A stretch of DNA of 64,000 nucleotides. It comes from Utricularia gibba (lineage: Eukaryota; Plantae; Magnoliophyta). Location of the stretch: positions 558,001 to 622,000 of the forward strand of contig NEEC01000011.1 of NCBI GenBank assembly GCA_002189035.1. The letters run 5' to 3'. A program made the translations under genes and the position numbers. Below are positions 1-11,899 of the stretch, piece after piece; position 1 is the stretch's first letter; every line of letters starts with the position of its first letter. A model generated the notes under the pieces. The model did no database searches, was not told the origin of the DNA, and worked only from the letters and a program-made list of their open reading frames with translations.

Positions 1-654
1 CACTAATACTCAATGACCTACTCAAACAATTCGAGTGTCATTACCCTTGGCCCAGGACTTACTGTTAGGCTTTGATGCAATTACTTGAGATATAATCTCA
101 TAGCTAACATGAGTGATGAATCCTTTATTGATCAATCAACTATCTCCAATCTTAAGAAGTCACATCCCTACTCATCCATACTAGGCAAGCCATAGTTAGT
201 CTCCCATTAGTAATGAGCGAAAATATGAGCTTAAGATGAAAATAACTTTGTTGACCTCAAGTCTAAGCTTATTGCACGGCTATCATATTCGAGATCTTGC
301 TACTAACACTTGGTTAGCTTCCCATAGTAGCATCTCGAAGATAAGTCATTCAGTGAATCGATTCTCTAATCGACACCCACACATAAGTTCAGATAATCTC
401 ATTACATAAATCTCTAAACAGTTTAGGGAACTCAATGTGTGCCAGCTTATCCGTATTTGTGATATCATCATTTCAAAAATACTCTAGCCAGGGAGTTTTT
501 AAATTGAACATAAATGCTTGTAGAATCTCACATTATGATGTCATCATAATTTCTATAGCATATAGATCAAGTAGAAGATTTTATCAATGATATGAATTTG
601 ATCACAATTTAAAGTAAATATCAAAAGATAAGATTTGCCAATGAGTTGATTCTC
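1..654 (-). mobile_element. Ty1/copia LTR fragment (same family as the LTR at 15638-17086), running off the window start
   Basis: Aligns by eye almost base for base to 16400-17064 (cactaatactcaatgacctactc ... aatgagttgattctc); cut at 654 by a LINE fragment. Confidence 0.9.
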
Positions 655-883
655 CAAAGTGCTTTCTTTTGCATTATTCATTGTAGGCCATAAACATTTA
701 CCACCACGAATTCCTTCCCATTCTATTGCATTTTCCATCGGCATTCTATGACTGCTTCCCCTTGCCATCATTGGCAGTACCCTCTAAGTCTCACCCCAAT
801 TTGACTTCCGAACATGATTAATTTTGATCTCTCGATCGCATCCTTCCCACGTCAGGCTATTGTACCACTTGTTTTCGTAGCTC
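650..883 (-). mobile_element. LINE endonuclease-domain fragment
   Basis: Reverse complement closely matches 45433-45666, which reads GKEFVVVNVYG..KKALW, typical of an L1-like EEP endonuclease. Confidence 0.85.
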
Positions 884-3800
884 TATTGAATCAAAAATCA
901 AGCTGAAAATTAACAAGCAATCCGAAATTTGGAGGTTCAAGTGAGTCAGTTGGCAGTAGAGCTTGGAAACCTTAAACAAAAATGGAGTTTGCCATCTCAA
1001 CCCAAGCCAAACCCAAATTTCAGTGGAGGGCCGAACATCAGCACCATGATACTTAGGAGTGAAAAAGAGAAGCCTGGATGAGAATTAGTCAAGACTGAGA
1101 CTTAGGAGAATGAGACAGAAGAGTATGAAGTTATTGTACAGAGTGAGGATGAAATTGAAGTACTACCAGAACCTGTCACGGTGAAGCTGAAAGATGAGCA
1201 AACGGAGAAAGAAAAAATGTTGAAAGCATTGGGAAACACTCAATTGAATTTAACTCTCCTAGAGTATATTGATCTTGTGCCAAAGAGTGTCAAATATTTG
1301 AAGCAGCTATGCATGTCTAAACCCAAGCTAAAAGAGAAATGCTAGGTGAAATTAAGTGAAAGCTACTCAGCACTTCTCACATGGAAACTACCTGAAAAAT
1401 GCAAGGATCCGGGTACGTTTTTTATCCATGAAAAATAGGAGATTTGTGCATCAGGAGAGCTATGGCAGACCTGAGAGCTTCTATAAATGTCATGTCAAAT
1501 TCTGTTTATGAGGCACTTAGGTTGGGACCTTTGCAAGCATCGGGTGTGCAAATTGAGCTAGCGGATAGGAGAGTGATCTCTCCCAAAGGCTTGTTGAGGA
1601 TGTTCTGGTGAAAATTGAGCATCTTGTATTCCCATCTGAATTTTATGTGGTGAACATGCCTTTTGGAGGATCAAACGACACGACAATTATCTTGGGGAGA
1701 CCATTCTTGAGCACTTCGAATGCTATCATCAACGTGAAGATGGGGATCATTGAGCTTTCTTTTAATGAAGACAAAATCACACTGGACATGAAGGATGTCA
1801 AGAATTATCCTAGTGATTTTGAGAGCATTTGTGCTGTGGATGTCATGGATGGACTCATTGAGGAGCACTTGAAGAAAAAAATTCAAGAAAAAGAAGAGGC
1901 TCATGAAGAATATTTATTTGCAAAGTTGGAAACTGAAGAAAAATTCGAGCAATTAAATGTTGTACAAGCCAGAACTCAGGAAGAGAGGTTAGCTGAATTG
2001 AAACCATTGCCTAATCATTTAAAATATATTTTTCTTGACATAGAGTTCAGGAATCTTGTCATCATCTCCACTAGTCTGAGCCCAGACCAAGAGTCGCAAC
2101 TTCTCGAGGTCGTAAACAAAAACAAGAAGGCAATAGGTTGGACGTTTGATGACATTGAGGGGATCTGCCCATCCATATGCATGCACAGAATTTTCCTAGA
2201 GGATGGTGCAAAACCAGTTCATCAACCTTAAAGACGCCTCAACCCAAACATGATGGAGGTGGTAAGAAAAGAAATTGTTAAACTTCATGATGCAGGGATT
2301 ATTTACTCTATCACAGATAGTGAATGGGTGAGCCCCATTCACGTGGTGCCAAAGAAGACAGAGATGAGTGTGGTGGAAAATGAGAAAGGCAAGCTTGTTC
2401 CACAAAGGGTGCAAAAGAGATGACGCGTTTGCATAGATTATCGAAAATTAAATGAAGTGAAAAAGAAAGAAAATTATCCTTTGCCTTTTATTGATCAGAT
2501 GTTGGAAAAATTGGCTGGAAAATCATTTTATTGTTTTTTGGATGGAGATTTTGTATATAATCAGGTTCTTATTTCAAGGCAAGACCAAGATAAGACAACC
2601 TTTACGTGCCCATTCGGAACTTATGCTTATAGGAGGATGCCTTTCAGATTGTGTAACGCCCAACCACATTTCAGAGGTGTATGACTAGTATTTTCTTGAA
2701 TTTTGGTGATGATTTTATTGAAATATTTATGGATGATCTTACGGTATATGGAGAAAATTTTGAGTCATGCTTAGACCATTTAGATAAGGTTTTAAAGAAA
2801 TGTGTGGAAAAAAATTTGGATTTAAATTCTGAAAAATGTCATTTTATGGTGGATCATGAAATTGTTTTAGGGTTATTTCTAAAAAAGGAATTGAAGTAGA
2901 TAGGGCAAAAATTGAGATTATGTCTAGGCTTCCTTATCCTATTGATGTGAAAGGTATTAGATCATTTTGACATGTTAGTTTTTATAGAAGGTTCATTAAG
3001 AATTTTTCAAAAATTGCTTTGCCACTTAGTAGGTTGTTGCATAATGATGGTGCCTTTAATTTTGATGATTCATGTAAGCATGCTTTTAATTCTTTGAAAA
3101 AGGCTATTACTATTGAACCTGTGATGCAACCACCTGATTGGAGGTATGATGTTGAGATCATGTGTGATGCAAGTAATCATGCTGTGGGTGCTGTTTTAGG
3201 ACAGAAAATTGAAGGAAAGCACCATGTTATCTTTTACGCTTCAAAAACCTTGGATGAAGCCCAGAAAAATTATACCATCACTTAAAGGGAATTTCTTGCG
3301 TTATTTTTGCCTTTGAAAAATTTCGTTCTTATCTTTTAGATATCAAAGTGGTGGTATACACTGATCATTCGGCGATGAAGTACTTGATGGAGAAGAAGGA
3401 CTTCAAACCAAGACTTCTAAGATGGGTCCTTCTAGTTCAAGAGTTTGATGTTGAGATAAAGGACAGGCCTGGAAGGGAGAACCTTGTGGCTGATCATCTA
3501 AGCAGAATTGAAGGAAGTGAAGGAGATGGAATCATCATTGAGACGTTTCCAGATAAACATCTATTCTCAGTTCGGACTACTGTATGTGAACCGTGGTTTG
3601 CTGATCTTGCAAACTTTGTTTCTACACGTGTGATGCCATCTTGAATGAACTATCATGCGAGGAACAAGCTTATGAAGGATGCCAAATACTGCATATGGGA
3701 TGATCCATATTTATGAAGTGGTACAATGATTGTGTCATTCGAAGGTGCGTTTATGAAAATTAAGTTACAAAAATTATTGATTGGTTAGAAAGTCTTATTA

Positions 3801-4162
3801 TTGAAAATTCAGAATTGGAGTAGTTGAGAAATGATGCGTACGAGAGCTCAAAATTATTCATGGCTCGGACTAAGAGTTATCATGACGTGCATATTTCTAG
3901 GAGAAATTTCGAGATTGGTTAGAAAGTCTTATTATTCCAATCCACGTTGAAATTGCATCCTGGGAAGCTGAAATCAAGATGCACAGGGCCTTTTGTTGTG
4001 AAGGAAATTTTTCCAAATGGTGCCATGGAGATATTTGATGGAGATTCAAACAAAGGATTTTTAGTAAATGGGCATAGGTTAAAAGTTTTTTATGAAAATG
4101 TTGATGACATGTTCATAGGAAATCTGGAGATGATCAAGCTGATGAATGCTCCAAAAACATAG
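884..4162 (+). mobile_element. Degenerate Ty3/gypsy (Athila-like) gag-pol: gag C-terminus, protease, RT, RNase H and integrase with its core deleted
   Basis: Motifs IILGRPFL (protease), YPLPFIDQMLEKLAGKSFYCFLD, IFMDD (RT), MCDASNHAVGAVLGQ (RNase H), PGKLKSRCTGPFVVKEIFPNGAMEI (integrase C-terminus); many stops and frameshifts. Confidence 0.92.
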
Positions 4163-5214
4163 CCACACGAGATGTTGGGTCCAAGACTATAAACAAGGGC
4201 ACTTGTGGGAGGCAACCCATGGCTAAGTTTTTAATTTCAGCATTTTAATTTCTAGTTTAATGTTGTTATTTTAGGACTTTTATCCATATTTTGTGCTACT
4301 GGGAAATGATTGTTAGGTCTTAAGGGGAGTTATTGATGGGGAGTTACAAAAATTAGACCGTTGAGATGAGTGGGAAGTTGTACCGGAGGGGAATGACAAA
4401 AATGCCCTTCATGCTTAAAATTACTTGAAAGAACAGTTACTGTTCTTCACTTCACCCATTTGTCTATGATTTTTCTGCAAAAAATTACAGCTGTAGAAAC
4501 ACGATGCCGACAACATGAAGCGCAAAGAATATCGCAAAAGAGAAGACTGTCCGGAAAAAGACGCAAAAAGAGCAAGCAAAGAAACGAACTGGGGATGCTG
4601 AAGCCGTCGTAACTGTTGCTCCTACCTAGGAAGAAGTGGTTCAGCTTGCTGCTGCCACTACAGAGAATCCTCAAGAAACAGATGTGATCCCTTAGACAGC
4701 GGAGGTGGGGAGCCCTCTACACGGAAAAAATGGAAGGACCCAGCCTCCAAATTAGAACATACCAGCCTCCTGCAATAATTGAACGACATGCAGCAGTTTT
4801 CCAAGAAGAGAAAAGCTCCAGCGGAAGAACCATGGAACGAAACATGCTGGAGACATGCTGCAGGTCTCGCCTAAGAAGAAGGGGAAGAAACATGGAACGA
4901 AAAAGCAGAAGGCACCACTGGGGGAACTTGTGCCTAAGAAAGAATCTGCTGCACCAAAAGAACAAGTGCTGCCTGCCGTGGAGAAAAATGTGGAAATTTC
5001 CAGCAATGAAGACGAGGCAGCAGAGGAAGAGACTGAGGCTGAAAATGAAATTCAGGAGGAGAAGAATCAAGAGGAGGCCAGTGATAAAAATGAAACGGGA
5101 CATGCACAGGAAACAGATGAACAGGGTGTGCAGCCACTGGTCTGAGGTTAGAAAGAGCAAGGAACTCCGCCTCCAGAAACCACCACAAGCACAAATGAAG
5201 AGGAGTAGGATGGG

Positions 5215-6396
5215 ATGGATAAGGTGAGAAAAATTCTTCCAAAATTGGTCCCTATGTTCATGAATGCAGGGAAATTTGCAGTGGAAAGGGAACAATTTCA
5301 ACGACAAATGACCGGGAAAGGAATCCCTTATTTCAAGCATCATTCGGGCATGTTGAACGACAAGTACCTGAAGTTTGAAACAGCAGAATATGTGGACCGG
5401 TATGGAGAGGTAAGAGGTGCTAAGGTATGGCCCTGCCGCCACATTGACTTTCAAATTCTTGTCGAGTTGAACATAGTGGACAACGTTTATGAAATGATTG
5501 CAAACATAGCATTCATGACCTTATTCGAATTAAAACTTCCTGCTTATGTGGAACTCACATATGAATTTGCCTCCACATTTATTTACCGAATTCCAAAAAC
5601 TTTCTTAGAGCCAGCTGCCATTTCTTTTCGCTTGATGGGGACTGAATTTTCGTTTTCTTTGGCTGAGTGGAATGTAGCTCTCGATTTTTGTTCAAAACAA
5701 CAAGTAGATTTGCATGATTTCGCTGCCTCCTTATTTGATTATCCAACAGACTTTGATGCTGAAGAATTTTGTGGAATTTTGACCAATCAACATGTCATTG
5801 AATTTAAGGCAAAGGAAACGAAATCTGAATTGTTTATTGATCCGTTCATACATTATGTTCATATGTTAATCACTACAACTCTCTTCAGTAGAAACGTTGG
5901 ATTTAATGCTCTTTATAAATGTGAATTATTTGTGTTGTGGTGCATTATGCATAAGCCGTCTGTGAACTTAGGTGCAATGCTTGTTGAACAAATGAATAGG
6001 GATTTTAGGCGCACAAAAATTCAGCATTTAAGCTTTGGTCATATTGTTATGCATCTGGTTCATACTCTTTATTCTGAAAAGCTGTCCAAACTTGAAGTCT
6101 TCCATGTTGATACTAAGACAGTGCCCCTGGATGCATATTCGTTAAAAGTTGCTAGACTAATCAAAGCCCAAGGAAGTGGGCTTGTTTTCAAATCTTTGGC
6201 AGGGCTGGAAGAAAGGGTTATTCCAAGGAAGAAGAAGGAAGACACTACTGCTCCATCAACCTCTACTCCAGCTCAAGGAGAAAAGCATTGTTACTGCCCA
6301 GAAATATTGGAAGTGATGAGCGATAGAATTTCAGATTTAATTCGGGTAGTTACAGAGTTGAAACAGGGAGTGGCAGATGCCTCCCTGAACAAGTAA
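5215..6396 (+). CDS. Athila-type additional (env-like/ORF2) protein; open C-terminal 393 aa of a longer decayed ORF
   Basis: Lies between integrase and the 3' LTR; PAYVELTYEFASTF and SFRLMGTEFSFSLAEWNVAL resemble the Athila ORF/plant transposon protein domain; the same frame continues upstream into a K/E-rich stretch (4855-5145) broken by stops. Confidence 0.75.
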   Translation: MDKVRKILPKLVPMFMNAGKFAVEREQFQRQMTGKGIPYFKHHSGMLNDKYLKFETAEYVDRYGEVRGAKVWPCRHIDFQILVELNIVDNVYEMIANIAFMTLFELKLPAYVELTYEFASTFIYRIPKTFLEPAAISFRLMGTEFSFSLAEWNVALDFCSKQQVDLHDFAASLFDYPTDFDAEEFCGILTNQHVIEFKAKETKSELFIDPFIHYVHMLITTTLFSRNVGFNALYKCELFVLWCIMHKPSVNLGAMLVEQMNRDFRRTKIQHLSFGHIVMHLVHTLYSEKLSKLEVFHVDTKTVPLDAYSLKVARLIKAQGSGLVFKSLAGLEERVIPRKKKEDTTAPSTSTPAQGEKHCYCPEILEVMSDRISDLIRVVTELKQGVADASLNK

Positions 6397-7044
6397 CTTG
6401 CTGCTCTAATGATTTAGTATAGTAGGTTTTTATTTCTATTTTATTTTCTTTTTATGTTTAGGATCCTGGTTACGTCAAGAGAGAGTGGTATCTATTAGTT
6501 TAAGTCTAGACTTAGAGTCGTGCTTACTATAGTTTGGTTTAGTAGCAGTAAACTGTTTCCGATAACTATGTGATTGAACATAACAGCTGCTAGATAAATT
6601 CTGTGCATGAGTTTTGTAGAACTTTTTTATACCCATAAACATGTTTTTATCTTTTTGTGTGTGACTAGAGGAATCTAAGGAGTGTGCTCTAAATTATTTT
6701 TATATGAGTTTATGAACTTCATAGTTACTATGGAACTGGTTGCCAACCACGAAAAAAAGAAAGGTGAATGAAGGGTCGAAGAAAAAAAAGAGAAAAAAAA
6801 ATATGAGACCCAAGTCCTAAAAAGCAGCACATATCAAAAGAGCATGTGCGGACTCAATAAGTAGTGAAAGGGTGAGCGAGGATAGACTAATTCAGAGGAG
6901 TATGAAGAAGCCTGGGGCTATAAGGTGTGAGTGCTTGCCCAACACTCTGATAAGGAAAAGGCATTGACAATATACCCGGATTAGTCTAGAACAAGGTGTC
7001 CCTTCACTACCAAAAGAAAAAAAAAAAGGGATGGCAACCATGAC

Positions 7045-8418
7045 TGTTAATTGTCAATTTCTCACTATTTCTTAGCTTGATTTTATGCTTAATTTTGATT
7101 AAAAATGTCTAGTTAAGAGTCTATAATATGAGATTTAGGTTTTTATCTAGTTTAGGATAATTATCCTAAATCTTGTATTTTTTTTTAATAATTTTTCTAG
7201 CTTTAATTGAGTTTTTCTAGAGGCGCACACGTGGAAGGAAGTGAGAGAAATAGGGCAGCAGATGGCGACAAATTGGATCTTTTCGAGCTGACATTCCCTT
7301 GATTTAAGGAAGATTGCAGATGCCTAATCATGAGCCTTGACGTGAAGAACATGGGAGTCTCTGACAGGCGATATCATTAGTATACGAGTTTCAGAGCAGA
7401 CGTTTGCTTGCAAGTCACCCCAATTCACAGCAGAACCAAGGGGACACGAAAGATCAGACTCTCATTGAAGTTCAGTTCTGTTCAGGCGTTGGAGGAGAGT
7501 AGTTAGTTTAGTTTTAGACTTTTTTTTCTCTCTCTAGAAGATTTTCCTCACGCTTCTCTCTAAAATCTTGTTTTCGTTTCCTTTAGTTTGTATGGCCATT
7601 CGCGGCTAGAAACTTCTGTTTTTGGGTTGGGATACTCCTAGATCTATGTTTCGTTAGCTTATCTTCAACTCTTCTTGAATCCGAACGGGTTTCGTATGTT
7701 TTCGCGCAACTATGTTACAGTCTTTCTGTAGCAGTCTCATTATTCAAGATTCATGGTTAACTGGTTATTACCCGCGAGTTTTGGAGAGAAGCAAGGTAGA
7801 GAGCACTAACTCATGCCCTTTTGGTAAGAGAAAGACAGCGTTTTTCATTGGCAACACTCGGGCACACTCATTGGTCGTACCTCAGAATCAATCGAAAGAT
7901 AGTGACCTTGTTTCAAGACTCATTGGGTCATTGGCAACACTCGGGCACACCGCAATTCAGCCGTGAGGGGACGATGGCAGGACCTCTTATTCTCACGTTC
8001 GTCCAAGGAGGAGCAATATCGGGTTATTCCCATGCCTTCTTGCTAGAGAGTGTAAGGGAGGGTAGGCAATTCCTTACTCCAATAACCAAGTACTCGAGAA
8101 GACCAGAGAAGAGTGAAGATGAAACGAACATAGTTAGAAAGGATTCCAAACCCAGGAACATTCACTTTATTTAAGGTTCATCACTTACGTTTATTTCAGT
8201 TGTCTGTTCAAACACCCTCTTATTCCCTTACTCAAGCTTCATCATTTACGTTTCTTGTACCTTTACTTCCAAAACCGTTTACAAATTGTGATAGTTGTAT
8301 TCAGTGTAACCTCACCATTCACTGAAAAACAACTCCCTGCGTTCGATACTTGTACTACGCTTTTGTGTTTTACGAGTTTTAAAGATATTAAAATTTGTTG
8401 TGGAAATGACACGCATCA
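7045..8418 (+). mobile_element. Solo LTR (gypsy type), 1374 bp
   Basis: TG...CA ends (tgttaattg...acgcatca) with perfect 5-bp TSD ATGAC at 7040-7044 and 8419-8423. Confidence 0.9.
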
Positions 8419-8648
8419 ATGACCTTGAGTGACTTTGGAGGGATCAAACTCTATAAGATATGATCTTTGAAAACACTCCTCATGATAAATCTACTCATTC
8501 ACATTTGAGTGATAAGTTGCACTTCTGTAGCTCATGCACTGAAAATTACTCTCAGTTGTTTATGTTCATCACTGATGATGAAGGAATTAGTTTTCTGTTA
8601 GTTTTAGGTAAGACTTGGGGACAAGCCTAGGGTCGTTGTAGCATAGTA

Positions 8649-8802
8649 TGATAGTACACAAAATTTTCATGTTTTAGGATATGAAAATCACAAGTTTTTA
8701 ATTATGTTTAATTGCTTATTTTATGTTTTTAAGTATTTTTATATAACTTTGGAAAATGTGATTTTTGTGTTAGTGGGCTAAATCCTTAGATTCAGCCCAC
8801 CC
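8649..8802 (+). mobile_element. Truncated start of the 3' LTR of the Athila-like element
   Basis: Follows cttggggacaagc, typical of the Athila pre-LTR region; tgatagtacacaaaattttc matches the first ~150 bp of the LTR at 8994. Confidence 0.75.
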
Positions 8803-8993
8803 TATTGTTACCCTTTCCAAAACTAATCCATAAAAACAATGCTCCAAACTAGGGAACAACACATTGTGGTGCTACTAATAAATGATGAAAGAGCATCACA
8901 TTGACATTAACTATTGTGGAGTCATCAGCCAAAGCACTGCATATCGATATACTCTATGCAGTGGTCATTTGTTGCATTGGATCTTTAGATACT

Positions 8994-10109
8994 TGATAGC
9001 ACACAAATTTTCCTACTTTTATGATATGAAAATCACAAATTTTTAATTATGTTTAGTTGTTAATTTTATCGTCTTAAGTATTTTATATAATTAGGAAAAA
9101 TGTGATTTTTGGTGTATTAGTGAGCTAAATCCTTTGATTTAGCCCACCCCATATTCTAACCCAATTTTGAGTTCTGCAGCAATTCCAAAAATCCAGTGGA
9201 GGCAGCATGGATTTCATGCAAGTCACCGTGCAGCAGGGAGCAATAAGTACACTGTCGCGGCAGTAGTCTGCAAGTTAGGGCAGTAGCAGTAGAGTTGTCA
9301 GAGATTGTACTTGCCTTGGGAAGTGAGAAATGAGAGAATGATGAGGAGGAGAGAGAATCGCAAGAGGGAGGGCAGAAGTTTGCAGCACACATACGAGGGG
9401 TTTCTCCCCAACTCAAGCATGAAGAATACTGAACCAGAAGAAGGAGAAGTGCGATTTTTCTGGAGAAGAACCTCCAACGTGAAGGAAGAAGATCAAGACC
9501 CAGTTTAGCGCTACTATTCCGACCTGTGAACAGTAGCAGATGGAAACCAGAACTCTATTGCTTTACTTTTGTTTGTTGATGTTTTTAGTTTCTGCAACAA
9601 ACTCTTTCACGATGTTCTTCACATTTTCGCTGTTTTATACTAATGTTATCATATTTTACCTATCAAGTATGAGTAGCTGTTTTATACTAATGTTGGTGAT
9701 GATATTGGGGACTAGCTTAGCCAAAAATGTGATGAATGACCTAGTAGACTTAGGTTATTTGAAGTTGTGAGTGTATGAATATAGTAAATTAAATTAGACA
9801 TCTTATCACCACATTACTCTGAGTTAGAACTAGTACTTGTTACCTTTAGCGTTAAGACCTGATATTGTTTACTGATCTTGTTTACTGAACTTGTTTACCA
9901 CTATTGGTCTGAGCTTAGACTAAGACTCACTGTTTATTCCGAATTATGCATCAATTGAAATACTTAGCGAGTATAAGCTCCTTGTGATCGACCCCGAAAT
10001 CCACTATACAAGTTTTCTAAATTTGTATTTTATGTATATTAGGGATTATAAATTTATTTTATACGGAATTTCTATTTTTACAACAACATTAAGAAATTTC
10101 TGTTTATCA
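8994..10109 (+). mobile_element. Solo LTR (Athila-like), 1116 bp
   Basis: tgatagc...gtttatca with perfect TSD ATACT (8989-8993, 10110-10114); the flanks rejoin into sequence collinear with the reverse complement of ~43670-43935. Confidence 0.92.
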
Positions 10110-10205
10110 ATACTCAATGCTTCTACAATAGTTATTTGAAGTAACAAAAAAGTTAGAATACTATAGTTACTGCAACATCCATGCAAATTAAATCAACATT
10201 GTCTA

Positions 10206-10908
10206 TCAAGAAATAATCTTGTAGTGCTTCCACAATGGATACTCTTCGTTTATCGAATGTTGACCTACTCGTTAGTGATCGAAGAATGTGGAAACATCCA
10301 TCTGGTGAATGAGCACTTCCAAGAACGTCTTGATATCACCCCCTCGAACCATGGAAGAATCGTTGACTGAGGTGTACTTGTAGGTGTTTTGGAATATGAC
10401 ATTCTTGAGCTGTCCAATGAAAGTATACCATCATAAAATGAAATGTGTGATGGAGTGGCGCAAAAGATTGATGGGACACTCACTAGGTTGTGTAGTGACT
10501 TATACAGCACAGCATCGATGAGTAGTGTATTAGGGCGGTGGTATTTGCCCTTTAACTCTGTGTTGGCACATCTTTACATTAACAGTGTTGTTCCTACTGT
10601 GATGCATTGGATAACTAGTGTCATATTCATGGATCAATCTCATTGGAAGACAACCTTGCCAGCGGCTCCGGGTCCCAATAACCACTAGATCACATTTTGC
10701 AACTGTTCCCTAAAACATGTTATCCAAATAATGGAACACCGGCATTGTGCATCCCCACCGCATAATAATTGGATAGATGTACCATTCTATTGAAGACAAG
10801 ATAGTGACGACAAAGTGTTCGATGCAAAACTATATCAACTCTCATGCTCTTGATCGGAGACAACTACATATTAAACTAATATCAAACATGAGACAACTAC
10901 ATGGGGAT
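10206..10908 (-). pseudogene. FCP1/NIF-like HAD phosphatase pseudogene, 5'-truncated copy
   Basis: Minus strand reads GKYHRPNTLLID..LYKSLHN-[GT..AG intron]-..VIFQNTYKYTSVNDSSMVRGGDIKTFLE...VGQHSINEEYPLWKHYKII*; inverted near-copy of ~43075-43667. Confidence 0.8.
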
Positions 10909-11835
10909 AGTGTTTAGGGTCGAACACGAAGAGCAAGTGCTTGTCATATGATTATCAATGCATGCAATCGGTGTCATGTTGATAGAATTGGTCGTCACTA
11001 GGACTAAGGCAAAATTACGATGGAATATAGTGAAGAAAAGTAACAAACTTTTGAACTCGATTGTTCTTGAGATGAAATGGGTGATGCCTTGGGACTCCTA
11101 AGGGATGTATGCTCATCACTAAAACATGCTCACACAAACCATAAATCAAATATTTAACAAACAAAGTCTAAGTCTACCCGAACTCTTGTTTTCCTCCTAA
11201 TCTTTGGTCTACTTCTAACTAGGGTTGTTAAGATAAGTTTCACTACTTCCCCCTCCTAGATCTATCTTGGTTTCTTAAGGAAGTGGCATGACTTATGGTT
11301 AATAAAGTCTAAAAATTGATTAGCACACTTCTTCTCTTTTCACCCCAAGGCACCTCTAAGTGCATAGCCACTTATGCTTAAGGTAAATAAAAAATGAAAA
11401 ATAAAACATCATCCACATTGTACTCATTTGATAGCCGATTACCAGAAATGAAACAAGCAAGGAATTAAAAAAGTTCAATAGAAAACTTGAACTATCGCTA
11501 GCTACTCTTAGCTGAGAGTAATATTCGTTGGAAACAAAAGATAGTCTTCATACATCAGCTTTGTTCCTTGTTCATCTTCCTCCTTCTTCCCCTAGAAGTC
11601 TTCCCCAGAAGAATGTGTCATGTGCCTCAATGGGGAAGATCTCCTTTTCTCTCTCCATCTTTTCTCATTTTGTGTCCAAAATCCTCCTTTTTCCTCTCCT
11701 TGTATTTTGTGTCCTTCTTTTTAACCTTTTGCCTCATCATCTGCCACTGTACTATTCATATCTGGCTCTTTGGGATTTGGTTTGTTGATATGTGTTGCAT
11801 TGCTCAAAGAAAATTACTAGAACTAAGGTTGGACA
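10909..11835 (-). mobile_element. Truncated Athila-like LTR (family of 23107-24276 and 47038-48194)
   Basis: Reverse-complement similarity (agggtcgaacac, gggtgatgccttgggactcc, aagtggcatgacttatgg); both ends missing. Confidence 0.8.
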
Positions 11836-11899
11836 AAAAATATAAGAAAGCTCCATCTATGAATAAATAGTCATATATCCCGTTGTATTACTTTCCTGG

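Noticed and set aside
4717-5454. 245-aa minus-strand ORF and other overlapping ORFs
   Set aside because: Antisense shadows of the purine-rich Athila ORF2 with low-complexity F/L/S composition
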